Source: Takakia lepidozioides (lineage: Eukaryota; Plantae; Bryophyta). Taken from it: a stretch of 64,000 bases of DNA. Positions 37,281 to 48,438 of this stretch are shown here, piece after piece (positions within the stretch are counted from its first letter, which is position 1; every line of letters starts with the position of its first letter). The notes under the pieces are model-generated. The model did not search any database. It had not been told where the DNA came from and saw only the letters and a program-made list of their open reading frames with translations. The DNA lies in assembly GCA_030704615.1 (NCBI GenBank), contig CM060731.1, positions 36,332,001 to 36,396,000 on the forward strand. Direction: 5' to 3'. A program made the translations under genes and the position numbers.

Positions 37281-38254
37281 TATAGAGGATGCAATACATC
37301 AAACTGCCGACTGTGCTTTGATAATGAGTTTTCCTCATATCTTCTTGCTCTTCTTGAGTCTTAGGTGCCATATCCTTCGTAAGTTTCAAACGGGGAATGC
37401 TTGCGCATGAGCCTGGCCGCGTGAGCCTGTGAGCCTGTGAGCCTGGCTAGGCTCACACCACGTCAGCAAGCTTCCACGTGTTCAGGCCGTAATTCCGTGC
37501 TTACCCCCCCTATTACCGCGGATCAGCTGTCGCCTATGTCCTAATTTTTTATCCCTCTTCAAGGCCCCCACATGAATATTCTTTGTGGCCGAGAACAATG
37601 GCAGGTTTGCGGATGAATTATGATTGAGGTCATGACTTTGGAATGAGGAGATCGTCCACTAGAGAACTGAATATTAAAAGCAAACATTTTTTTTTGGCAA
37701 AGCAGTACATTCATTCCAACACACAATCATTTTCAATTCCTCCGCAATCCGAAGACCTATTTTAGGCAATCCCCAACTGTACTTACGGGAACGCGCAAAG
37801 AACTTGAAAAACAGTTTGGAGATGGAAGCAAAACCAAAATACAATTTATTGAGCCTCGGTACTTGAACCTAAAGAATATTGGAGGTTTTCAGAGGAACCA
37901 CTTCCAGAGTGTACAGCAATATCATCTATGAATACAGCAGCACATCCATGACGTTTTTTTTTTTCCTCGACCTTCATGGAGATGCGAGTACAGTGTTTGT
38001 TCGGATAATACCCGTGCGCAAGCTTCCGCGTAAACCGGCAAGCGGTTGGATCTAGGGGGGCTCGGGGACATGTAGTATCCTTGGAAACCGAAAGGCGTCT
38101 GCTGATTCGATGACTGGTGCTGAACTCTGCAAAGCAAGAAGAGGAATGGTGGTATATGTTAACATCCAGATATAGACAACGAAAGCCACTATTTCTCGAA
38201 TGGGAACGACACAAGGAAATGCAACATATTTTGCACGAGTACACAAGAACTTAC

Positions 38255-41200
38255 TCACAACTCAAAATCGGAGTCCACGTCCAGATCCTCCATAAGTCCC
38301 TCTGTGGATGGGGCAGAAATGTGTGCCCGACTCAAGCTGATAAGCTCCGCTTGAGAAAGCTCCTTATCACTCTTCCTGCCGAAGAAGTTGCCTTCCGAGC
38401 TCTTTTCAAGCATGAAAGAATCATCCTCCTCTGCAAATCCAAGAAAAACGAGAAATAAAAACCGGGTTTCCCTAAGGTCACTGCCCATATGTCATAGTCA
38501 AACACATCATTGAAGGGCCCCACTGTGCCCATAGACAAGTCAACCACTCGTCCACCATGACGGCTGCATGTCTCCACCAAAGTCTGCATGAAAGCTGGAG
38601 ATTTTCTCCCTGCACCTCTCCAAGGGACAACCATTCGTCCTTTTCATAGTCCGACCCCGTTCGACGTAATTGAAGATAACATCATCCTCCACAGGCTCGC
38701 AGTGGGGTCAATGTGAGCTGCAAGGTCCCTCAACTGAAACTCAGCAACATCAGCAGGAAGAGTGTCCGTTCCGCCACACCAGGACAAGCTTTCGAACACT
38801 CGTGTCCTGTCATTATCACGAAGACAGAATGAGACAGAAGACATAACCCACCATTTTGATTTACCGAAAACCACGAAACATCAATTGAAAGGAACCACTC
38901 ACTCACTTCCCTGCCCGGGAACTCGCCCTTCGTAAGAGGCAGAGTATTGATGCATGTCCAAGTTTTGATGACACGAAACCCGAAGCTTTCATGTAGCTGA
39001 AAAGAGTTCTTCGACGACATGTCCTTTGACTGCATGAGAAGAAGAGCCCCCGAGTCCGAAAGGAACTGTTGCTGAACGAGAAAGCCCACTGCCAGTAACG
39101 AGAATCCGATTTGTTCCAAGTCGGGGTCGAATTGGAAGGAAACACATCAGGGACAGGAAAACCGTCAGGAATGTCCAGCACCACAAGGTCAGTCGCGTAT
39201 GCCTGTTGAACTCCATTCACCCATTCCGGACTTTTTGTGACCTACACCCAAAAACATGAGACAGTGTAAGAAGCCCAATCCAAATCTAACAGGAGATCAA
39301 TCCCCTGGACAAGCCACAACAAGCTGCCAAACACAATTATTCATACAACAGTTTAGACATAAGTTTTTCACCTGAGTGAGGAACAAAACAAGCATGTCCC
39401 ACACGATTTCGAGGGCACCCCTTTGAATGTGGACTTCCTTGACTCCATCATTGAAAGAAACTTTTCATTCAGCACCTTCGATTGAACTGGCCCAACCCTG
39501 GAGGGATGTTCTCCCTCGCCTCGAAAACTTGCTCCCTGGACTTTGAAGTTCTCCTATCCCTCCTTGCGGGAGAAGGCTGTCTTTCAGGAACCTCTGACGG
39601 TCCCTGTCCTTGCAGAGTTGCACTTTTCCCCTTCCCCTTCGGATCCCCGACAACCTTCCCCTGTTCGTTTTGAGTAGCAGTTTTTCTCGGGCTCTTTTGC
39701 AGCCAGAGCCGAAATGATTCTGTCCTGGATGTCTTTCTCAGCCAATGGGGCAATCGTTGCGGCATTGTCGTTCAGGTTTCTCAAAACAACTTCATCGAAT
39801 GGGTGTCCTGTTTTGGCAGGTCGAGGTACCACCCACAGTCTCGGAAGTGCGCCCTGCTCCAGTCTTTGGCAATACCAGCCGTGTACATTGTCTTGTCATT
39901 GGGGGGTCAGCCCATGAATAGATGAAATCTGGGTCATCGCTAGGTACTTTCCCGGTATGAGGATATGATACATATACCTGAATCACATACAAAAAACGCA
40001 GACAGTCATTCGATCAGAAAACGAAATAGAACACACATCCGGAAAAAGATATTGAAATGCAGGAATGCAAAACTGAGAATTCTACTTTTGAAATCCCGAA
40101 TTAACCTTGCGTTGACGCAATGTTCATTCTAGCAGAAATGGGGAACACCAAATGATAATGTTGTATTGATAGAGACAACGAATGAAAGCGCGATTCAACA
40201 TTGCTTCAACGCAAGGTTGTTTAGGGTTGAGAGGAAATGGAAAACACTGCATGAAAACTACCATCAGACTATGTACTGGTGCGGATATTCAACATTGCGT
40301 TGGCGCAATGTTGAAATCCTCTGTTGAAACACATGTCAATGGTATCTGATAATCATAAGTTTCCTACAATTGTATTGAAATGGGTGGATTGCAGCAAACC
40401 ATACCGCCAAACAACCTTGCGTCAACGCAAGTCTGTTTGTTGGTACAGTTAAAGTTGAAAATAGCATTTCAAAACGACTAAAAACAGACTTATGTTCATC
40501 TTGGCAGCATTGAACTGGATTTGAACTGCCAAAACCACAGGAAAAGCTACATAGCCTGACACTTCATCAAACCTTGCGTTGACGCAAGGCTGATTTTCCA
40601 GTCAGTTTATCCCTTTCACATTGAAAAAATGGATTATGGGATACCCAGGTATAGGTAGTGAAACCAGGACAATGGGAATCAACCTTGCGTTAACGCAATG
40701 TTGCTCGACTGCACATGCAGAGCCCTCAGAGATATCGCCAAGCACTGCAAATTCACCATTCCTTATGGAAAGAACGACACAAGATTGCAGAAACATGCCC
40801 TTCAAGCACCAATTTTGATTCAAGGAGGTCACACCTGTACACACTCGCTTCATTGCTTGCTCGCTGTTGTACCGGTTTTTGAATTCGTAAGACCTGGAGA
40901 TTCCTTTCTCTTTCTCAAACTCCCTGAAGAAGCAGTTGTTTCCAGACAGCGAGCTTCCATCTCCTGATATAGGCTCCAGTGTGATCCGGGGGCAGCCATC
41001 TGGATTTTGTAGTCTGCCATCGACTCAGCAAGTGCAGCCACTGCACGTTTTTCTAACTGCAACAAGAAAGCTCGTAAGAATTTTTGAGAGGTTACGGAGC
41101 ATCAAAAATGTCTGAAAATGGTTTGGTTCAAACCTTACCTGGCTCCAGAATGTGGCTTTGTGTAGCCACTGGTCGAATGTGTGGTCGTTAACAACTCTTA

Positions 41201-42554
41201 TTGCTTGTCTTCGTGTCCCTCTCTGGAGTTGGGAACATGTTCGTGTCTCTCACAAGAGGATCCGAATTCCATATCTCCAACCACCTGATTTTGGTTGCAT
41301 TGTCCACCATTGAAATGGAAAGGCGATGTAGTTTCTCTTGAGTCATTTCTGGCTTGGAGCCATACTTATCATAGTGTGCTTTCACCTGTTCCAGAAATTC
41401 CGTGCCAAGACCTGGGTCTGCTATCCGGATCTGTTTGTCGAATGCACTCATGAGGTTCTTCCTTTGATTTTTCATCTCGAACTTCATAATGTCCTCAAGC
41501 CCAGTTGCAGACCGCTGCTCTTCTGTGTGGGAATCATAGTACTCTGCTTTCGCCTTCAATCCAGTTTCTCTCTGCTATTTCTTGCTGCATACATAACAGG
41601 TAAAAAGAATCAAAGACTGCAATTTCATCACAAAATTGGAAGTATTAACAGGCAAAAGGTGTCAAAAATCTTACAGTGTACATGTACTCAAGAAAAGCCT
41701 CCCTTGTCAAGCTGTACCATGTGCTTGTCTTCTTCTCAAGCACACCTCTTCATCTGCTGAGGACTGAGCACGTTCGTGAATGACTCCAGTGGCATCAGCC
41801 CTACCTTCTGGATGCGGAATAGAGTGTGCACAGATGGTCGTCACATGAGATGTTTCATTGGACCTGGAAAAACCTTCAACTCATAAGATGATTTCAAATT
41901 GTCGAAACAAGTAACAGACACAAAGTTGGAAACTTACTTGTTTTATGTCGTGCATGGCTGTCAAGAGCTGCGTGACACGTCCTTTGTGATCGAGAACCAT
42001 GGAAACCACGCTCCAGTGCCATTCGATGTCGTCCGAGTGCAAGCTTGAAATGTAATCCATCCAGGCAAGCAGTCTGTGGTTCCCATCCCAACAAAAAACA
42101 TCTTTCCCATGAATGCTTTTGTGGAGGCCTTTTTGGACAGCTTGAACTCGAACTCCCTGTTTACATCCCGCCAACATGCATCCCAACCTTGCTCAATGTC
42201 CTCTGTTACAAGACACTCCTCTCCTTTCGTGGTCATAGTGGATACGTAGAACACTGCTGATCCCTTTACATAGCCGTGAACAAAGTCGTTCTTCAACTTC
42301 GTTATATCGTTCCTCAAAGCCGGTCGAACAGCGGGCATGGAGATCATCCTGCACAGCGGAATGACCAGGTTTCCTCCCGGAACCTCCATCGACAGAATCA
42401 CCTTCGACGAGTTCACTTTTTGCCCACCAATTATCTCCTCGGCCTTGTCTTCATAGTTTCCCTCCAATGCATCTTCCTCACCTTCACCTTCTGACGCGGC
42501 CAAATCTTCCCCCTCGGATTTCTTTTTTCTTTTCCTTTGCACAGAATGAATTAT
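38255..42554 (-). pseudogene. Spliced gene: ParB/Sulfiredoxin-like domain + helical linker + beta-class (N6_N4-type) DNA methyltransferase; multiple frameshifts
   Basis: Exons ~42554-41938 (VRPALRNDITKLKNDFVHGY...FFVWDGNHRLLAW), 41863-41675, 41584-41139, ~41057-40836, ~39977-39372, ~39241-38907 (DLVVLDIPDG...TWN...FLSDSGALLL...FGFRVIKTWTC) and ~38805-38524 (PWRGA.EKSPAFMQTLVETCSRHGGRVVDLSMGT). Most boundaries are GT-AG. An upstream low-complexity exon may lie at ~43170-43600. Confidence 0.75.
40103..40702. repeat. 6 intronic copies of the 22-bp palindrome AACCTTGCGT-NN-ACGCAAGGTT
   Basis: Copies start at 40103, 40197, 40291, 40413, 40570 and 40681. Confidence 0.93.
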
Positions 42555-42585
42555 CTGTGAGTGACAGATTTAGCACCCATGTATC

Positions 42586-43110
42586 AACATTGCTTTGACG
42601 CAAGGTTGATTGATGGGGATGTAGTTTAGACTGAAAAGCATACAGGAAAGACTTTTTCAAGCAAAAAAGTGCTTTGCGTTGACGCAGGGTTCTTTTGGGA
42701 GCTTCAACTAATCAACTTTTCCTACCTTACATTTCAGGATATGAGAGATCGGACGCCTCCATTGAACAAAAACTCATCAAAACCAGCCTTGCGTCAACGC
42801 AATGTTGATTCATGTGCGGCATCTGTTCGTTTCACTAGAAGTTCTATCATACACAATGGAGGTAGGCATCAACCTTGCGTTGACGCAAGGTTGATTGCGA
42901 GCTCTCGGATCGGTGTTGAACAAACACAAAAGCTACAGGAAAAGTTGACTGCTGTCTCTTCTTCTTCTTCTTCGAACTTGATGATGCGTCGCAAGCATCC
43001 ATGTCTGTCTAGCTTGATTGTAGAGCAACATTTGCACTGTTTCATGCACAATATATACACTTGGGAGGTCGACTTCAACCTTGCGTTGACGCAAGGTTGA
43101 TGTCGACCTC
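42586..43110. repeat. 5 copies of the same 22-bp palindrome, 5' of the ParB exon
   Basis: Copies start at 42586, 42670, 42785, 42871 and 43077. The last is extended to GAGGTCGACTTCAACCTTGCGTTGACGCAAGGTTGATGTCGACCTC. Confidence 0.93.
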
Positions 43111-44268
43111 AATGCTTAGCAAGAACCAGAAAGAATCAGAGAGAGAGAAAGAGAGTTCATAGCCACCTCCGGTTTCTTCTTCTTCTTGCACTTGATGATG
43201 CTCCTGACGCATTCAATCTTTCCATTTCGTCTGGAGGTAGCATGCTTCCAAGGAGGTCCCGATGGTGCGAAACAAGGGCAGACGGCATCGTTTTCCGCGT
43301 CCGTTTGTTCTCCCTGCTCTTTGAAGACCTGTTTCTCTACTCGCAGTGCTTCCTCCTAGCCCAACTCACTTCCTCGTCCTCCTCCCCCCCTCTATTGGAG
43401 GTTGCTCATCGGTCGCCTCCGGATCACTTCAAGACCTTCCTCTCCACACTGCGGTTGCAGAATCCTGTTCGTTCTGCCTTCGTCTTCCTCTACGCCGGAT
43501 GTTTCTTCTCCCATTCTAAGTTCCCGTCTCGCCTTCCTCATCCTCTCCTGGAGCGTGCCCTTTGCTTCTTTGATGTGAAATAAAGTGTTCTTCGACGCTT
43601 GCTTCTCTTCTCTCCTCGGAATGGGGTCACCGTCTCTGCAGAATCCAGGGTTGCAAAGACAATAACGAGAAGAGGGAAAAAAGAGGACTATGGGAGGTTC
43701 ATCGCAGGCCTTCAACGCCAAGATGTTCGCTCGCAACGTTCAGTGCGCCACTGACTCATTCCACATGCATGGCGAACACGTGTCCATCTAATCGTTATGA
43801 AATATCGGCGGAGATCATTGGATCCTCATCCATTCAAAAACCGTTGGGGTCTAATCACCTCCCATCTGAAAAGTTCGTTATTCTGGCATGTTCCAGAGGA
43901 ATGTCAAGTGTGTACAGTTGTACAGCGGTGTAGGTGCCGTTAAAATTAAATGGAAATGGGCATCTCTTCTGGCCTCTCTGACATGACAACCAAACGGCGG
44001 CTCTGTCAGTCAATCTGTCAACGAATGCACTGGTGGGGCACTTGTGAAAAAACAGTTGGATTCTAGGATTAGGGCTGACATTATGACCATGCGCTTGGTT
44101 TGCATGGGGAGACATTTCACAGAAGTGGAAACCCGCGTTAGGAGATCTGCAAGCCGGAGCGATACCTGCAATTCTCTGTGAGGACGCCAAAAAATCTCGC
44201 TCCACACAATTTGCATTCACAAGCACCGGTCGGACTGTGAACTCTACTTTCTGAAGCAACATCGACAT

Positions 44269-47200
44269 ATGGCCTCCCAGGCCATGGGCTCCCTTGACGT
44301 GGACTTCTTCAGTGAGGACCACCCTGTGCCATTTTCTTACGAGGTGGAAGATGATGGTTTTGCGTTGGTGCATGAACACGTCCTCGCAACGCAGTTTCGG
44401 TTGGAAAATGGAACTCTATTCCCTCAAAGGCTTCAAAGGGAAGTGTACGATGCCAATGGAAAACTGCTCAAGTACGTGTTCCAGAAACCTTCGCATACTG
44501 TACCAGCCACACAATGGAGAGTGCCTCCAGGCAGATACAGGGTGCTCAGTGCCCCTCTGAGACAGTCTGCAGGATCTTTCGTTACTCCTGGCACGGCAGC
44601 ATCAGTGGCCCAGGAGAAAACACCCGTGGTTGTCAAGAAGGAGACGAGTACCGTTAACACTGTAGTTGAGCTTTCGGACTCATCCTCCGATGACACATGT
44701 GCAATACCGCCCGTGGATCAGCCATGTCCACCTGTAGAAGCAGATGTGGAGGAGATCACCAGTGTCATTCCTAAACTGAAAGCCATGGGAGGGATGGCAG
44801 GATTCAAGAGTGAGTTGAGGGGGATAGACTGGAGCACTTTCAATATTCAGAGGGTGGCATTCTTGCCGGAATCTTTTTTGGTAATACTGTTTTCGAGCTC
44901 CCTCCTCCTGGTCGCTTGGGGGCATTTCTAGTCTCCTGGAAGGAATGGACAAAAAGCACGATGGGCACCCTTGGTGCCGCACAAAAACCTCCAATATTCA
45001 CAACAACGACAAACTCATATTCAAGCGAACAGTCTGTAATGGGCACCTGAAATGCGAGAACATGAAATGCAGACACTTCGCATTGTCAGGTGTGCAAAAC
45101 CAAAGCGAATGGGATGGTGTCAGTGAGAATCCATTCAAGCCTGGGGTGACACCACCATACAGTAACACTTTTTTGTGCAAGTTCTGTAGGGTACCACCTT
45201 GCTGCCTTGCTTTGTGTGGCGCCAGAATGTATTATGTGGTGCATCGATTCAAAACCCTGACTAGAGCCTGTGTCCATTTCGGTTTTCACAACCACCCTGT
45301 GTCCAAGGGGATTATAGGGAGAGCGTTGACACAGTCTCGCGTCTGATAAGGCAAGAGTTGGATACCAATCCAACTGGAACCACATCTGCAATTGCCATGG
45401 GGGCGAGCAAGTCCTTTCTGGAAAGCCGTATTCTGTGTGCATCAAATTCGGTTGGAGGAATATTGGAGGGATCGGCTTTGGACACTGTATGGACCATTTC
45501 TCAACTTTGACTTCTCCAAACATTAGGAATCAGGTGAACGCTTTAAGAATGGGCTCTGGGAGCCGAGGTTATATGGACAATATTATGGATTTGAAGAAAA
45601 GGAGCATGTATGACTACATCCAAGACAGCGTTTTCCCGGGACAAGGAGCCAGGAAAGTGTTCTTGTTCAAAATGTCCACAAAAGGTGAGGGCAGCGGGGT
45701 CAGCCTGGTTAAACGTATGCAGAAGGGTGGTGATCTTGGCAACTGCTTCCTTATGTTCGATCATGTCAAGAGGGTTAAAGACTGGACCACAATGGCATGT
45801 CATGTTTACGACCCTGTGTACCAGCGGGTCATGACAATTGCAGTGTGTGACATGCAGTCAGAGGACACAGATTCACAACAGCTCATGTGGGAAGCTCTCA
45901 TTCGAGTTATGGCCTCCAATGGTCTCCCATCTCCCAATTTCGTTGGTTTCATGGCCGATAGTGCTGAAGCTAACTTCAACGCTGTCCGCATTGTGTTCGG
46001 GACGGGAGACCCAAAAGTGCCAATGCCTGGAAGAGAACGTACATGTCTTTTCCATTGGACACAATCCCTGGACAAACACACAAAGACATACATCAAGCCA
46101 GATATGCAGACTATGCATCGCCAACTGTGCAACCAGTACAAGGATGCCAAAACTATGGGGGAAGCGAATACATTGTTCCAGACAATTCATGCCTGGTGGT
46201 ACTCATCTGGAGCGGCATCGGAGGACAGCATGAGGGCACTGCAAGAGTTCGCATTTTGGCACTTCCGTTACCGACAGTGGGGAGCGGCCATGACAACGAT
46301 GAGTGGTTTGTATTCACCTTCGTTTGGGTGCTTCGGATATATCTTTCAGGGTCCAATCCTAATATCGGGTTTCTGTTTTTTTTTCCTTGCAGCATATGTC
46401 CATTGAGGAGATGGTGGACATGCCTTCTTGCAATCTTGCAGAGACAGTGCACAATGCCTGGTTGCAGCAATCCGGCAAAAAATGGAGAGATTTGTATGCG
46501 GCGACGGCCGATGACCTCATTCGTGCTCTGCAGCAGCAAACCAGATATAGGTCATTCTTGAGGGGTGGCCTTGGTGGCAAAGGTCCGGACAGGAGCGAGT
46601 TGATGTTGCGGGCAGCTGGAAGATCAGGGGATCCCAGCAAAATAGCCGCGGGCAGTGAGCATATGTGCAGATGGCACCCCTCTCGTGGGAAGAGTTCCCC
46701 ATCTGGAAGGCGAAGAGAGATTCGGGTCTTGCAAACGGAAATTGGACACCCCTCCCGGATCAGATGCAGATTCCCATAGGCCGGACAGGGTGAACTTCTC
46801 GACGCCACGTGTTCACTTGGATCAGAGATGGAATTGCGGAACATCCACAGGTGAGGGCTACTCTGCCCAGACCGGACCCCTGCATCAAGCATTGTCACTG
46901 CAATGGTTGAAGACCACAACGTGGTGCCGCATATAATCGAGTCCATGGGCTTGGACGAGGTTTGGCATATAGAACGCACAAGTGCTGGATCTCGTGTGAA
47001 ATGCGCGGCGATCAGGGCCACCAATCATGAAAAATGTACATCATTAATCTCCAGAGGGAAAGAACGCACTGCAGCTCCTACATTCACGGGTTTGTTTCTC
47101 CCTTACGGACAAGGCGAGGCAAAGAACCACAAGTTCTGGTTCTGCGCTGACGATTGTGGGAGATGTGTGCATGGTACAGTGAGGCCTTCCGTGGTAAGGA

Positions 47201-47775
47201 AGCCTACTCCACCAACCGTGTGGCCTGTGAAGATGGGCACATGTCTCACTCACCGAGAGATTGCAATGCTGGAAGAGGCGGGTTTCTCCCTAGCCAGACA
47301 TTCCATTGCACGTGAAGGTGCTTCAAGTGGAAGCGGTTCACGGGTACCTCCGCCTGACGCTCACTTGTGGCCAACCAGACGGAACGGGAAGCTTGTTCGA
47401 CGATTCCCTCCAACCGCAGAACACTACGGCAAAATTGAGTCCGCCAGAATGCTTCACGCTCGTGTTGCGGGAACAATGGAAGTGCCTGATCCAGGGTATG
47501 GTCGGGTCTTCACCATGATCTCATCCGCATCTGCGCTGCAGGACAGGACGTACGAAATCACTGTTTCCAATTTTCCCAATTGTACATGTCCAGATTTTGT
47601 TGGTATGCTTTCAAGTAGTTTGGGAAAGAGAGGGAAGTTCATACCGTGCAAACACCTTTACTTCGTCTTCTTGAGAAGGATGGTTTGTGATCCAAAGCGC
47701 GACTTCTTCATTCATCAAGCCACTATGAGTTTCAACGAAGTCAACACACTTCTACAGCGGGATACAAGCCCATAA
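44269..47775 (+). pseudogene. MULE-type transposase: GCM/WRKY-like zinc domain, DDE core, C-terminal SWIM finger (frameshifted; intron 46299-46392 with ATGAGT donor)
   Basis: HDGHPWCRTKTSN...C.GHLKC...C...HFGFHNHPV; MFDHVKR (D1); FMADSAEAN (D2); CLFH (CxxH); SCNLAETVHN (E); CTCPDF...CKHLYFV (SWIM). Confidence 0.85.
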
Positions 47776-47957
47776 AAATCGGTGTTTTCCTTGACTACAA
47801 CTTGTAATGGAATGACTATTCAAGTCCAGTGACTCTCAATGTATGACGTCAAACATCTTTGCTATGCGTGGGTCAATGCATTTGTCGCATTGGTTTGTCA
47901 TTCTCTTTTCATTAGCAAACACAAGAAACTACCTTCAGATAGACAGATGATCAAATC

Positions 47958-48189
47958 AACCTCGTCTCAACACGAGGTTTACTTGAAGTTCTCCAAATCC
48001 TCTTTGTGTTGACACAAGGATGATTTTAGTTCTCAGAAAACAACATCGTGTCAACACGAAGTTCATTTTTGTTCCAGGAAAACAACCTTGTGTTAACACG
48101 AGGTTTTGTTGAAGTTCTCCAAATCCCCCTTGTGTCGACACGAGGTTCATTTCAGTTCTACGAAATGAAGCTCCTGTTAACAGAAGGTT
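47958..48189. repeat. 42-bp-period array of 6 variant palindromes (consensus AACCTCGTGT-NN-ACACGAGGTT)
   Basis: Starts at 47958, 48000, 48042, 48084, 48126 and 48168, with 20-bp inter-repeat segments. Confidence 0.92.
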
Positions 48190-48438
48190 GAACTCCAGAA
48201 GCCCAAAACCCTTCATCCGTTTCACCTTCATGTGGTGAAATCAGCAGTTCGGGGCTCCACGGTTATAGGCCCACCTTCTTTGTGGTGACGTGGCATGACC
48301 TGGACCAGGCTCACGCCACGTCAGCATCAGCGCCATGTCAGCAGCGTGAGCGTAGGCTCACGCCACGTCATCATTGTGTGAGCGTACGCTCACACGCTCA
48401 CGCGCCAGGCTCACGCGGTAGCGTCGTTGGTTTCAAAC

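Larger units (their letters stand above)
37392..48429. mobile_element. 11-kb Mutator-like (MULE) DNA transposon carrying a transposase and a ParB-methyltransferase gene
   Basis: Exact 9-bp TSD GTTTCAAAC (37383-37391 and 48430-48438); removing the element restores the copia RT frame. Imperfect subterminal inverted repeats built from (C/G)TGAGC/GCTCA(C/T) motifs. Confidence 0.93.

Noticed and set aside
36883-37389. 168-aa ORF as a real gene
   Set aside because: It is a chimera of copia RT and CACTA transposase created by a deletion.
47958-48189. Mini-CRISPR (22-bp repeat + 20-bp spacer)
   Set aside because: The spacers are related to one another (1 resembles 4; 2, 3 and 5 are similar), so this is a tandem repeat and not acquired spacers.
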